Source: Octopus bimaculoides | Taxonomy: Eukaryota | Length of the DNA: 64,000 nucleotides | Reading direction: 5' to 3' | NCBI RefSeq assembly: GCF_001194135.2 | Contig: NC_069003.1 | Span: forward strand, 1,957,196-2,021,195 | In this document: positions 10,441 through 23,124 of the stretch, one piece after another | How the letters are laid out: each line of letters begins with the position of its first letter | Numbering within the stretch: the first letter of the stretch is position 1 | Translations under genes and position numbers: made by a program | Notes under the pieces: generated by a model | Databases searched by the model: none | Told to the model about the DNA's origin: nothing | The model's input: the letters and a program-made list of their open reading frames with translations, nothing else

Positions 10441-13005
10441 AGAATCGTTAAAGAATCCCTTCAAAACTAGCCTCGTATTAGTTCGTAATTGTTCAAATCT
10501 TATACGGCTTCAAATTTGATCTTTCGGAGTTGATAAAACATAATAGCAGACAAGTACCAAGTAGCAATGAAATCAACTGCTCTCTCCGCTAATCATTTTT
10601 TGCCTGAAACAGAGACCATTATTTCCCTTAAAGCATCTGACCAATTTCCTGGCACAAATTGATTTTCTCCCTTTGCGTTCTGAGTTCCACACTGCCACCT
10701 CGACAATATATTTTCTTCTGCAAAGGTTAAAATATAAGATGCTGCTTATGATTGCGTGTCTATGAAACTGCTCCTTTCCTTTCCCATAATTTGTAGCTCC
10801 CTGTCAAAGTTAAATACCAATATAATTATCATCAAGTGATGTGTTACTTTACTTCCAGGTCTCATAATTTCGTATGTCTTTCCTATGGATTGCTGAAAAC
10901 GGATCACAGTGTTCTTAATTGAATGCATAGGTGAGGATAGAGAATCAATGATAGGAAATCAATGCGTTTCTCTTCTAACTTCACATTCGTATTGACGTGT
11001 ATCCCAATAGTGTTCGCGTATAATGCATTCTCATTCATGTATGGTATAAAAGCATTCACATCAGTCGAAATCACATTGTGAGGAATTGTCGTCACTGATT
11101 TTTCTAAGGCGGGTAACGGCACTGATCACAAAGGCCTGTCGTAAAATGCGCTTTATCCATGACTAGACATTTCATTTTGGGGCTTAATAGATATAAGACT
11201 ATATTAACACGTATAGCATTTCAATTTCATGAAGTAGGGAGCAATTTGGAAACGATTTCCTCAGCGGAATTTTGGAATTATTGCCTACAAAGGATCTTCG
11301 CAACTAATTAACTGGTTCGATAATATAGGTTCATCAAAAAAAATAATAAAACCCTAGTTTATAACACACTGTCGTTAATACAGAATATATACACAAAGAA
11401 AATAATAATTCAATTATTTTAAATTGATAAAGACTTTTATATAACAAGTAGAAAAAAAACAGCAACAGATATTGTTTTTGGTCATAGCGATGATTATGTT
11501 TAAGCTGAAGTGATATGGCGAGTGAGGCCACGAACTCAGTGCAAAGTTTACATCTGGGAATTCTTAATCAGTAGGGATGCCAAATTTTTTTGAAAGAAAA
11601 TATCGCATCCCCACTAACTATAAAATTCTTCCACCAAAAAATAAAAATCCGCGACTATACGATACAATACAATACCGGACCAAGAAATTAATGAATGAAA
11701 TCAAAACCACAAAACAAAAACTAAAGAACACAAATTCAACAAATATGATCAACAAAATATAATAATAATAATAGTAATAATAATAACAACAACCAAGAGC
11801 ATAACGAAAGTATTATTTCCCATTAGTGAGTTAAAATAACTTAGATCTGAAGGAGTATGAGTGAGTATGAGTGATACAAAAAAAAAATGGGGTGAGAATC
11901 AAGAAGTCGTTTTCAATAAGGATAGCAAAAGTTGACATGAGATAATGTGAATAAAAGCAAAGCATAAATATACATAAAAAAAATAAATATTATTCCTCAA
12001 TTATTATGTTTTGTATTGTTTATATTAATTTTATATTTTGGTTTTGTATTGTAACAAAATGTGCCAAAACTATTATGGAAAAAACAGATTAAGTTGAGAA
12101 TTGGGTGGGGAAATACGGGCGTGTGAATATATAAATATGCGTGTGTGTGTAAACATGTATGTATACAACCACTCCCCTCCGACACACACACACAATGAAA
12201 ATGAGTCAGACACACACTGAAGTGAAAAGAACGATAAGGATATGTGGAGAAGGTGCAAATAAATGTGTATATATGAGTTTGTATATATACTGCAAGACGA
12301 ATGTTTCGCATATAATTCTCTTATATCCACACGCATACACACCTACCCGCACACACACACACGCATGCACACATAGATTTCCCATGACATTTTTCTTCTC
12401 GAAACCGTCAGTACAGATCGCTACTTCTGGCCGGCCATATTATCTCAGTGATTAAAGAATCGACAGAACAGAGGAATAGTGGGTTCCAAAACATGAAGAA
12501 AAAAAACGTAATGGGAAATGGGAATAAAATGAACGCACCTGTAATATTTTCCAACCTTTTTGTAAATATGTACTTATCTGCATGCATTCAGTCACATATA
12601 CAGAGGCACACTAATGTGTGTGGATGTATGTTCGTTTGTTAGCATAAGGCTTTCAGTTCAATTCTGCTTCACGGCAAGTTCATCAAGTGTCTTCTACAAA
12701 AGGACCGCACATGACAATGTTTTGCGAAAGAACATGTTATACACAAGCTGTGTAGAAGCCTCTCTTCTGTCTATCGATCTATCTATCTAAAATTTATTAA
12801 TGAGCGTAGAAATTGATATTAATCAATTAAAACCAGTGGTCTAACATTAAAAAAATACGAATATTAAAATTATGCTACACACAAAAATAAGAGGAATGAC
12901 CAGCAAAAGTGGACTCCTATATGCTTTTTTTTCGTGGTTATATGATTCGGCATCTATTTCGAGCATATAGGAGTTCATTTTTGCTGGTCATTCCACTTAT
13001 TTTTG

Positions 13006-13045
<40 letters not shown>

Positions 13046-13086
13046 CACCTCAGAAACTCCCTATCTATTTATTGATCTATCAATAG

Positions 13087-13460
13087 CGCTGTTTTGTGCG
13101 TATATATGTTCTGAGTTCAAACGTCACAGATGCTGACTATGTCACAGCCTTTCATCTTTTGGGGGTGGATAAAATAAGCACCACATTAGTAGTGGGGCCA
13201 GTGTAATCGAGTTGCCCATTACCCAGAAATTACTGGCCTTGTGCGAAAAATCTGAAGTCAGCATCAACACGTAGATGTTGGAGGCGGCAAACTGGTTTAA
13301 GCTTTCGTCCGCCTTTGTGTTGTGGGTTCAAATACTGCCGGGTCGACTTTGGGCTTCATTATTTGGAGATTGATAAAGTTTATAATAATCAAACTCTGAA
13401 ATCGGCTTGTCTCCGGCACCTCCCCAAAACGCCCTAGACAAAATTTTGAGCCCATATTAA
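13087..13460 (+). mobile_element. Two adjacent degraded SINE family A copies
   Basis: GTTCTGAGTTCAAA...GCCTTTCATCTTTTGGGGGTGGATAAAATAAG and GTGGGTTCAAATACTGCCGGGTCGACTTTG segments. Confidence 0.65.
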
Positions 13461-13471
13461 AGTATGTGTGT

Positions 13472-13505
<34 letters not shown>

Positions 13506-13707
13506 TTGTTATTGAGAACTTGTTTGCGTGTTTGTACATCAATATCAATGAACGTCCGTACGTGACAGCCTTTATGCCTGTCTGTCTTTCCTTATTTGTT
13601 TCGTATTCACCAAAACACTTTTCTTCGCCTCAATTGTCTGTGCAACACCATCGTTGCCTACAAATATAGATGTAAAAATTTCTACTAGTCCATACATATA
13701 TGTATAT

Positions 13708-13771
<64 letters not shown>

Positions 13772-14286
13772 CTGATTATATATGTTTATATATGTATACA
13801 CGCATCAATTCATACACACACACATACATGCATATATCCTCTACATTTATTCTTCTACACCCATATAGGAACAAACACATGCATGCATCCACGTGACAAC
13901 AAGACAAATATACACACACATGCATATATATATATATACAGACATATATTACTCTCATGTACACATCTGCATACATATAGGCAAATACGCACATATACAC
14001 ACACGCACGGCACCAGTCATATACACGTATACACACTTGACTCAAAAGATAATCTTCTGCAATCTGTCTCTGGAGATAAAATATATTTGCTCCAGAAGTT
14101 TTGATTGAATTAGCTCTATATTCCCTTCAAGATGTTTATACTATGAGATGGCTTAATTTACAAGCAGACAGCGATATAAAGTTCAATAACTAGTTTGTTT
14201 AAACGCGATGAAATTCAACTGACAAATCTCCACAAAAAATTATCAGACGTTCTCTAGTATCATGGCAATTGTAAACACTGCAATAT

Positions 14287-14878
14287 TGTTATATTATTAT
14301 ACGTTATGTATCCCTATAAGATAGCGAAGGGTGAGAACTTACCCTATATTTTCTGAAAGTGGCGAGATAAACGTTTGTAAACGACCCTTTGGCAGAACTG
14401 AAATAACGTCGGTATGAATAACCAAATAAATATACAGGAAGTTAGCATAGTACGAGGCAGGTAACCTCGTTCACTTCCTATTAACGAGCAAGGCAGGTAT
14501 TCTCGTACTACCTCTTAAAAAGGGGAGTGGAGAAAACAGCTGGAACTTGGTGCGAATAGAACCACAACGAGAGACGGAGCTGCATACGGGTCGGACCGTT
14601 CACTACCTACCTTGAAACAATTGAGACTGGACATAATCTCCATATATGAATATTTACTTCCTTGTTAGAACACTTTGTTGTTGCGATCAGAAGTTTACCT
14701 CTTTGTCTTACATTATAATTTGTCTGATTGTAACACTTTGTTGAGGGTGTTGCTGTTGTTGTTGCAATTCCTATTCTTGTTGTGGCTGTTAATACTTGGC
14801 CCAGAGTAAGAATAAAGTTTCTGAAATGGAAAGGAGAAATTCAAAATATTTTGTTCCGATAGTATAATATTTAAAACA
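14287..14878 (+). mobile_element. Probable solo LTR (592 bp)
   Basis: TG...CA termini with imperfect inverted ends (TGTTATATTATTATAC versus reverse complement TGTTTTAAATATTATAC). Flanks ATAT/ATAC give a 4-bp TSD with one mismatch. Repeated enhancer-like motifs, a TATA-like TCTTAAAAAGGGG near 14513 and AATAAA at 14811. No internal gag/pol sequence and no second copy in the window. Confidence 0.55.
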
Positions 14879-15579
14879 ATACTGGTATATTCACTACTTA
14901 TAATAAACTGGCTAGATTATAATTTAATTAATATATAGTTAGCACGTTCTTTTACCTCAGTAATCCTTTATTAAATACCAGTATATACCAATTGATCAAT
15001 ATTAACAGATACAATCTGATACGTTAGTATTCAAGTATATAATATGTACAAATATTAAACTATTTCTGGATAATTTCTTTCCCTCCCCCTATTGTGGTAA
15101 AAGTTTGGTATATACTCAAAAGAATTCAAAAAACATTTTATCATTTTGTTATAATATTCTTCTTAATAATCCTCTGAATACCCCTCAATTTTAACTTTAT
15201 ACAATATAGCAATATTGTTTAAAATGTTTAACTATTGCACTATATGTATGTATATACTATAAGTATGTATGTATATACGCACAGACACATTCGCGCAAAC
15301 ATACAGGCACACAAACACCAACACACACGCACACATACATATGTATAATGAATTTATAAGGAAGGTTTACAAAGATTTATATCCAGTTTTATGCAGCAGT
15401 TAATTACTTCTTTTCAATTCTGCAACTGCATATGTTTCTGCAGCAATTAATGTACACTGCAAAATTAGCATCTGTATGTGCATTCATTGTTATTTGCCGC
15501 GTCCTTAGGGTGGAGTCGAGTGCCTTGTTCAGATAGAAACTAAATTAAATACAAGTCCAGTTAAAATCTATCATACGCG

Positions 15580-15750
15580 CTGTCTGTCTGTCCTCCGGTG
15601 TCGGTTTGTGTACGTCCGCGTAATTTAGTGTTTCGGCAAAGAGGCTAACAGAATAAGTATAATACTTAATAAAAAGTACAGGGCCGGCTTTTTTCAACTA
15701 AATGCCTTAATCCAGCGTGGTCGCAATGGAATGGTTGTAAACAGGTACAA
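15580..15750 (+). mobile_element. SINE family B 3' half, degraded
   Basis: TGTACGTCCGCGTAATTTAGTGTTTCGGCAAAGAGGCTAACAGAATAAGTA...CCAGCGTGGTCGCA, homologous to 32670-32840. Confidence 0.65.
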
Positions 15751-16405
15751 ATAATAGATATATGTGTATTAATTTATGTTTGTATGTGTGATTGGACAAT
15801 CGCACAGATAGAAAAGCACGCCCACAGAGTTTCAGTAACATACGACATAACGATTTAATTTGATTACTTCATTCTTTACGTACATATATTGTTAACAACT
15901 CAAAGGTTGTTATTACTAATTTACTTATACCAGAGCCACCATTAGTGCCACATGTTCAGAAGACAAATTTCAATCTAATATTGATTTAAATATTTGTCTT
16001 CTGAAGACATGGTATCTTTGGTGACTCTTGCATAACTACATTAGTAATAGCTACCACAAACTTATTAGTACAACTTTCGTATAGAATTTTAGAATTAAAT
16101 TAACCTTTTATTTTTCACTGTATATCTTCATTGAATTTTCACTGTGGAGTCACAACAGTATATGTAAATGAAATTTATGCGTGTATATATAGCAATATTA
16201 TTTGAATAAATCATTGAGAGTGTAGGTGTTCGAATGTAAATACACACACACATCCACACACACATAAACAAACAAACAGACACATACATATACATATATG
16301 TATATACATTGAATATATATATTTACTGGCAAATCAACAAAACCTATCAATCTCTTTATCTATCTATCCCTTGCCCTCTCTTCTTTTTTCTCTCTCCATT
16401 TCTCT

Positions 16406-16509
<104 letters not shown>

Positions 16510-16633
16510 GTAAATAATATGTGACAATTATTCGGTAGCCATGATAAAACTCCGAGTTTCGGATTTCGCGGCGGAAATCCACGCCGCCATCTCTTCAGTT
16601 ATCTGGCCATCGAAAGAAAAAGAAATCTATACC

Positions 16634-16668
<35 letters not shown>

Positions 16669-17550
16669 ATAATATATATAGGCAGCACTAATATTGCCGC
16701 TGTCGGGCATAGCAACTATTTCTAACCCTACAAACACTAATGGTGCTATCGATTCCACCACACTTGTTGCTATGGATGCTACCACTTGAGTTGTTTCAGT
16801 CACTGATATTAATGATATCCATATATATATTTGTTGATATCGTACCCACTAACATCGTTCTTATGGTCACTACTCCTTTCGTTTTTCTTCCAAGAACCAC
16901 TGTTGTTGTTGTTGTTGCTGCTGTTGCTACTGTTGTTGTTGTTTTTGTTTTTCTTGTTGTTGTTGTTGTAACTGCTACTAATCCTTTCATTGCTCTTCCT
17001 AGTTACTGCTGCTACAAACGCATTCTTGTTGTGATTCTTTACTCTCTGTATCCAATCATTATCTCTCCTCCTCCTCCTAGCTTTACGCTTGTTGCTGCTG
17101 CTGCCGCCGTTATGTGTGTCTTTTTAAAGCATTTATATGTCTCTTCTATTATGAATGTCGCTGATTCTGCTAATGTTTTCTCTCGCTTTTACTCTTTCCT
17201 GCCTTCTTTTTTGTCAGTTAATAATTCTGTTCCTGTTGTTGTTGTTGTTGTTGTTCATATTGTGTTTATTCTTATTGTTGTCATTTTATTCTGCCACTGC
17301 TTGTTGCTGTCATTCGTTTTCTGATTATTCTGTCTTGTAGCTTGTTTATAATTGAAATTGCTCACATTGCTGCTGGCTATGTTCTTGTTGATAATGTTGT
17401 CAGTATTGGTGTAGTTATTATTGCTGTTGTTGTTGTTATTTTTTATTCATTATCCCATTTCAGATCCTACGTGACTCATCCAATCTCTGATTACAGGTGT
17501 TGCAGATAATAACATTTCGTATGTTGTTTTTTTTTCCTTTTTTTCCCCAG

Positions 17551-17610
17551 GTATAACTTTACTAAAACTGAATTATGAAACCTCTCATCCGTTTCCAAAG
17601 AAATCAGGAG
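17551..17610 (+). other. Candidate 60-nt exon of an unidentified host gene
   Basis: Strong acceptor TTTTTTTTTCCTTTTTTTCCCCAG| and donor GAG|GTAATT. Open as (G)ITLLKLNYETSHPFPKKSG in phase 1-1, or as 5'UTR plus MKPLIRFQRNQE. No homology recognised. Confidence 0.3.
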
Positions 17611-18825
17611 GTAATTTTAAAGAATCCTCGTTACTTTGTCTACCAGGCTGAAAGAACCCTTTGATAAACAATTAATTTTGTTCATACTTGTAGCTGTTTC
17701 GTTGTTAATTTCCATACATTTGATATTCCAGCAGACAGGTGATCACGCGCATTCCAGAAAAATGGTAATCCATATTTTTTTTAACATTCTTGATCACCAT
17801 TATGAACAACTGTTCCGAAGCTATGGGTTGCGTCATAGATTTACACACAATAGGAATTTTCAAAGCGTCGCAGACACAGTTTTCGTTTTAAAATATTTTA
17901 TAAAATGTAAAATTATCACGAAAATGTTTTTTTGTTACACAATAAGCCATGCTTATAATAAAGGCCACGCCATACAAATATAATTCTTGTTATCAAAAAC
18001 ATCACAGGTTTTTAGAAATCTGCTTAGTCGGTTGCGATAAGTAAGGATGGTAAGAGCTACGTCATTTCAAAATGTCTTTGAGAGTGCGTGTGAAATGAGG
18101 AGAACTTGGCTGTTAATTCTACCACATCAAGCGATTTACTGCAAATTCCCTTCACTGCATCGCTACTGATTGGGATTTTCTTATGTCTTTCTCGTCGGAA
18201 ATCCCTTATTCTTTGGTATCTTATTTCTACTGATTTTACAGTTGCTCTTCTTTGTGTTAATATTCAATATGTGATCCTGTGTGTAACTTAGAGATTTAGT
18301 TGTAAATTCTTTCATGGTTGTCTTTCTGCAATAAATGTCGGACATAGAAATATATATCTTAAATTTAATTTGGGGAGTGGAATTAGTCAGTCCCTTACTT
18401 AAGCACCATCTGACACATTGGTTCGCCTTTTGTTGCGTCTAATCGTTTTCAAGCTTCCATTCTAGTCCCCGATTTGTAGATACTTAACAGGGGTTGTACA
18501 TTTCTAGATTTACCAATTGCTTTTTCTATTCTTCTCTTAAACCTTTTATGTTTCTTTAACAAAATGTAAAACCGAAAATTCAACATTATTTCCAATTTAT
18601 TTTATTTCATTTGTCGATATATTTTATTTCACTTACTGTTTGAATGTTTCTTTCAAATTTTCTATTATTTTCTTCAAAACACTTTTAATTATGCAACCTC
18701 CAATATTGTTTATCTTAATAGAATTTTTCATTTAGCTGAGAGGTAAAATTTAAAGATTATTTTAAAGGCGTAAATTGTAACACACAACTATTTTAAATAC
18801 TGGTGTTTGAAATACAGGTGTTAGT

Positions 18826-18887
18826 ATAATTTTATTTACCCATCGAATACACCATCGAATAATTTTATTTACCCATCGAATACACCA
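18826..18887. repeat. Tandem duplication, 33-bp period
   Basis: ATAATTTTATTTACCCATCGAATACACCA at 18826 and 18859. Confidence 0.95.
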
Positions 18888-18915
18888 AGAACACGTCAAC
18901 ATTTTAAGACATATA

Positions 18916-19035
18916 AGGCGGCGAGCTGGCAGAAACGTTAGCACACCAGGCAAAATGCTTAGCGTTATTTTATCTGTCTATACGTTCTGTGTTCAAATTG
19001 GGCCGAGGTCGACTTGCTTTTGATTTTTTCGGGTT
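18916..19035 (+). mobile_element. SINE family A 5' part
   Basis: AGGCGGCGAGCTGGCAGAAACGTTAGCACACCAGGCAAAATGCTTAGCG...GTTCAAATTGGGCCGAGGTCGAC. Confidence 0.9.
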
Positions 19036-19078
19036 TGCACTTGAAACTGCCATTATATGACCTCAGATATAAATACAT

Positions 19079-19219
19079 AGGAATGGCTGTGTAGTAAGAA
19101 GCTTTTCTTCCCAAACTCATTGTCCGGATTCAGTCTCACTGCATGGCTCATTGGGTGAGTGTCTTCTACTATAGCCTCGGATTTGGTAGGTGGAAACTGA
19201 AAGAAGCCCATCGTATGTG

Positions 19220-19254
<35 letters not shown>

Positions 19255-19418
19255 ATCTGTGTGTGTGTGTCTCTGTCCCCCATTTATCGTTGGTGTGTTT
19301 ACCTCCCCGTAACTTAGCGATTCGGCAAAAAAGACAGAGAGAATAAGTCCTAGGATCGATTTGTTCGACTAAAGGCGGTGCTCCAGCGTGGCCGCAGTCA
19401 AATCACTGAAACATGTAA
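19079..19418 (+). mobile_element. SINE family B, near full length, with internal (TA)n(TG)n cassette
   Basis: Head GGCTGTGTAGTAAGAAGC...TTCAGTCTCACTGC, internal microsatellite near 19215-19270, tail TAAAGGCGGTGCTCCAGCGTGGCCGCAGTCAAATCACTGAAAC. Confidence 0.9.
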
Positions 19419-19422
19419 TATA

Positions 19423-19472
19423 TATGCGAAGGTGCTGAAAGGTTGTTGGCTCTAAGGGTATCACGGAAAGAC
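19423..19472 (+). mobile_element. Possible mariner-type terminal fragment
   Basis: TATGCGAAGGTGCTGAAAGGTTGTTGGCTCTAAGGGTATC resembles TA-CGAGGG..CTGAAAAGTT mariner termini (from recall only). No partner end seen. Confidence 0.3.
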
Positions 19473-19984
19473 TGTAATTTTACAGGGCCTTGAAAATTGC
19501 AAACTACATGATTTTAATGAAGCACCCATGCTGTGCAATGATACGTGTAACCGCACATTAACTATTTCATCTGTAATACACAAACAATCATTACAATGCA
19601 AATTTATCTTTATTTTCAATCATTATGCACAATCCAGAAATAAAACTAATTTATTCTCAATTACTAGGATAGTTTCTTTTCCTTCAAACAAATCCGCAGC
19701 AGCCGAAGAATACCACGGATTTTTTTTTCCATCAAAAAATTCAGCATTTATTATTTTCATTTCTTTTTTATCAAACTTGTGCAAATTCTATAGGTTTTAG
19801 CAGATTGTTTCTAGAATGGAATTTTTCAGGAGAATATCTTTAGATAGACTTCGTTCTTTAACATAGAATCTAACATTTCATAACAAAATAGTTTCCGATT
19901 CAAAGCGTGTGTGTATTAACTGAACGATATATGGCAAGTGGTTGATATAAACACACAAATATTTACAAACACTAAAGACTTAAT

Positions 19985-19994
19985 GATAGATAGA

Positions 19995-20030
<36 letters not shown>

Positions 20031-21711
20031 TAGATAGACAGACAGATAGATATTCACACAGACAGACAGACAGATAGATAGATAGATAGATAGATTTATT
20101 TAGCCACGCAGGGCTTAACACAGATGGGACAATACAATGTAGAATTTACTTTTCCGCAATCGATCAAAACGGATCAAAAAAAGACGTATTGGTGTGGGGG
20201 AGAAAACATAAAACTGACACAGTGTTATCCGTGGAAAGGAAAATTACAACAGTAATCTCGAAACTACGAAAAATAACCACGGTAACCTCGGTATAGGAAA
20301 AATCTATGAGAGCAAAGTGCCCCCCCTCTCTCTCTCACTCTTTGTTTGTTTTACAGGTTAACGCTCAAAGTGGTTCGGTCATACAGGCGTAGAATGTTTG
20401 CTATATTCACCCACCTCTTATTGAATCTTTCATTAGACAAAAACATCCCTCTCAAATCTTACCTTCCTTTTCAAGTGATACTCGAAAAAATTGATGACAG
20501 ATTGGCCAGAGAGGTGTTGGTTGCTGGTTGTTGAGATGCCATGTATCGGTTGTTTGGGATTGAGGAGGGGTTAGTTTTTTCCTTTTTTTTCTTCTGGGTT
20601 TGGTGCTTCTGCAGTTGTTGTTGGTGGTGATGGTGATGTTTCTGTTCTTGGTGGCGCTGATGTTGATGATGTTAGTCCGGGCTGGCTTGTTGGCTGGTGG
20701 AGCTCTTTCATTTGTTGGTAGAGCTGTTTTACCAGTTGTGCTTCTGGCGGTGTGGGTAGCCGTGCTGGTTTGTCTTTCGGTTTTTGGTTTTGTTGTTGTT
20801 CTTGCTGCGTTAATTTGCACTTATTTTGCAAACATTTTTTACTCCCACAAAGATAGAAACGTGGCCTTCTGCCTTCGACGGCCACATGTAAATTTGCAAC
20901 GTCTGCCAGTTTGATGAGATGTGGCATATTTTCAAATGTGTTTTAGTCCTTGACCAATCCAGTTTTGCTGCTCTAGGAGGGCAATTTCCAGCTAGTTAAT
21001 TGTCTCTTCCATATCGTAGCAGATGACAGACACAAGTAATTTTTTGTATCTTGGGGGGGTGTGTGCATATTTAATTTTTAATCTATTTACCCTACGGCCA
21101 AGATACGTAGGGACCATAATGATGTATCCACATTCGAAAGACATCGTTGAGAGCTCTTTGGCTCGTTCTTCTGTGTTGAATCTTACTTCAATCGTTGCAA
21201 ATTCTTTGCCTCGAGTGATATATTTTTCAAACATTTTTCTACTGTTTGTTGGTTGGCATGTTACAAACGTTTTGTTTTTATGTTAAATGTTTTGTATATG
21301 ATCCTTTGTTTTTTTTTTGTTTTTTCTTTAATGTCTCCTATAATATTTTCAGGTGTTTCCAGTTGTACGATGTGTTCTGTCTTTTAGCATTGTCTTGCAT
21401 GCAAACAGTTCTTCCTTTCTAAAAGGAGATATTTTTTCTTCACCATTAAAGCTGCTCGTTCGTGTTGTTTGTTATTGTCTTTGTAATGGTGGTGGTGGTG
21501 GTGGTGGTGGTGGTGGAGTCAGTGTTTGGAGTAGTGTTTGTCTTCAATCTGTCTTTGTTCGTACAGATTTCCTTGACCATATCTTCTACGGGCAGACTAG
21601 TGTTCTTGTGTGTGCGTGCATCGCACAATTGTGCGAGTGTGTGTGTTTGTAAGCAAACGAATTAATGTTGCTGTTACCGTCCCCTCCCTTCGCTAGCGGA
21701 GGAAATTGACT
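19985..21711 (-). mobile_element. L1/Tx1-like LINE derivative: 5'UTR + decayed ORF1 + last ~55 codons of ORF2 + 3'UTR + (TCTA/TCTG)n tail; endonuclease and RT absent
   Basis: ORF1 pieces MFEKYITRGKEFATIEVRFNTEERAKELST...PTYLGRR (20992-21234) and VEGRRPRFYLCGSKKCLQNKC (degenerate CCHC knuckle, 20571-20927) plus a P/T-rich tail. These join at about 20515-20530 to LSGQSVINFFEYHLKRKVRFERDV/LSNERFNKRWVNIANILRLYDRTTLSVNL* (20351-20513). AATAAA at 20095-20100 is followed by the tetranucleotide tail. Confidence 0.72.
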
Positions 21712-22839
21712 CAGACAAACGCGGGTTCCTTGGTCAGGTTTAGTCATTTCCTAAGCAAAAATAACAAAAAAATGTTGAAGAAAAGTTTTAAATTTGGAAA
21801 ATTCACCCTCAAGAGATGAATGTTCCAGTGAAAGATTTGCTCTGATCAAAGCAGATGTTGTTAAACACCTATTCTCAAAAAATGATCAAAAATGAAAAGG
21901 TGTTTGCATAGAAAGAAACCAAACTTACGGGGGCCAATGTGACGAAAACCCAATTAAATAGATAGATAGATAGATAGGTAAGTAGGTAGGTAGGTAGGTA
22001 GCGAGATACATAGGTAGGTAGGTAGATAGGTGGGTAGGTAGGTACCTAGGAAGCTAGGTAGGTAGATAGATAAATAGATAGATAGATAGATAAATTTCAT
22101 GCGTGCGTGAGCTGGTGATCTTTGTAAAATTAATGGAGGCATATATATGCATACAAATGATACATCTATATAGAAGTGTACAGTTTTAGCTATGCGATTC
22201 CCTGTGTCTTTCTACTCGATTCAACGCGCATGCATGCGTCTGCGTGCTTGTTTGCGTAGGTACGTCTAAGGGTGTATGTAATTCTTCTTATTCTATACGA
22301 TTGTATGCAAGAGAATATGCTTGTGTCTCATAAGTGTGTCTATATATACAGAGGGAGAAAGACATACAGAGAAAGAGGGCAAGGTAGTTACGTAGAAAGG
22401 AAACATACCTAGGTATTAACAAATGTACGCATGTATGCATGTGAGTGTTTGTGTGTGTATATCTACATATATGGGTGTGTGTGTGTATATATATCCATGC
22501 ACACACTCACACAGAACTCTTCGCTCGTTTTTACATGTTTGGCAGTTTTTGAGAATGTGACTAAATGCATGTGAACGACGCAAAAGACTATAAAGACACA
22601 AATGTAATATTGTGAACACGAATGAACTTTGTCTTGAAATGTATGGGAGAAAGCAAAAATGTAAAGAAACGCATTTCTTATGTAAGTAAAAAACATTACT
22701 TACTAAAAACAACATTGGGTTATATAAAAATAACTTTTTAGACTACACATAAAGTCACACGCAACAAAAATATATGGGATATGTCTATGTGGATATATAT
22801 ATGTATATACGTGCATACACAGAGATACACATACAGATA

Positions 22840-22890
<51 letters not shown>

Positions 22891-23087
22891 NNNNNNNNNN
22901 NNNNNNNNNNNNNNNNNNNNNNNNNNNNNNNNNNNNNNNNNNNNNNNNNNNNNNNNNNNNNNNNNNNNNNNNNNNNNNNNNNNNNNNNNNNNNNNNNNNN
23001 NNNNNNNNNNNNNNNNNNNNNNNNNNNNNNNNNNNNNNNNNNNNNNNNNNNNNNNNNNNNNNNNNNNNNNNNNNNNNNNNNNNNNNG

Positions 23088-23124
<37 letters not shown>

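Noticed and set aside
14879-14900. TGGTAT shortly after the LTR end as a primer-binding site
   Set aside because: It does not continue as a recognisable tRNA complement and no gag/pol follows; it is more consistent with a solo LTR flank.
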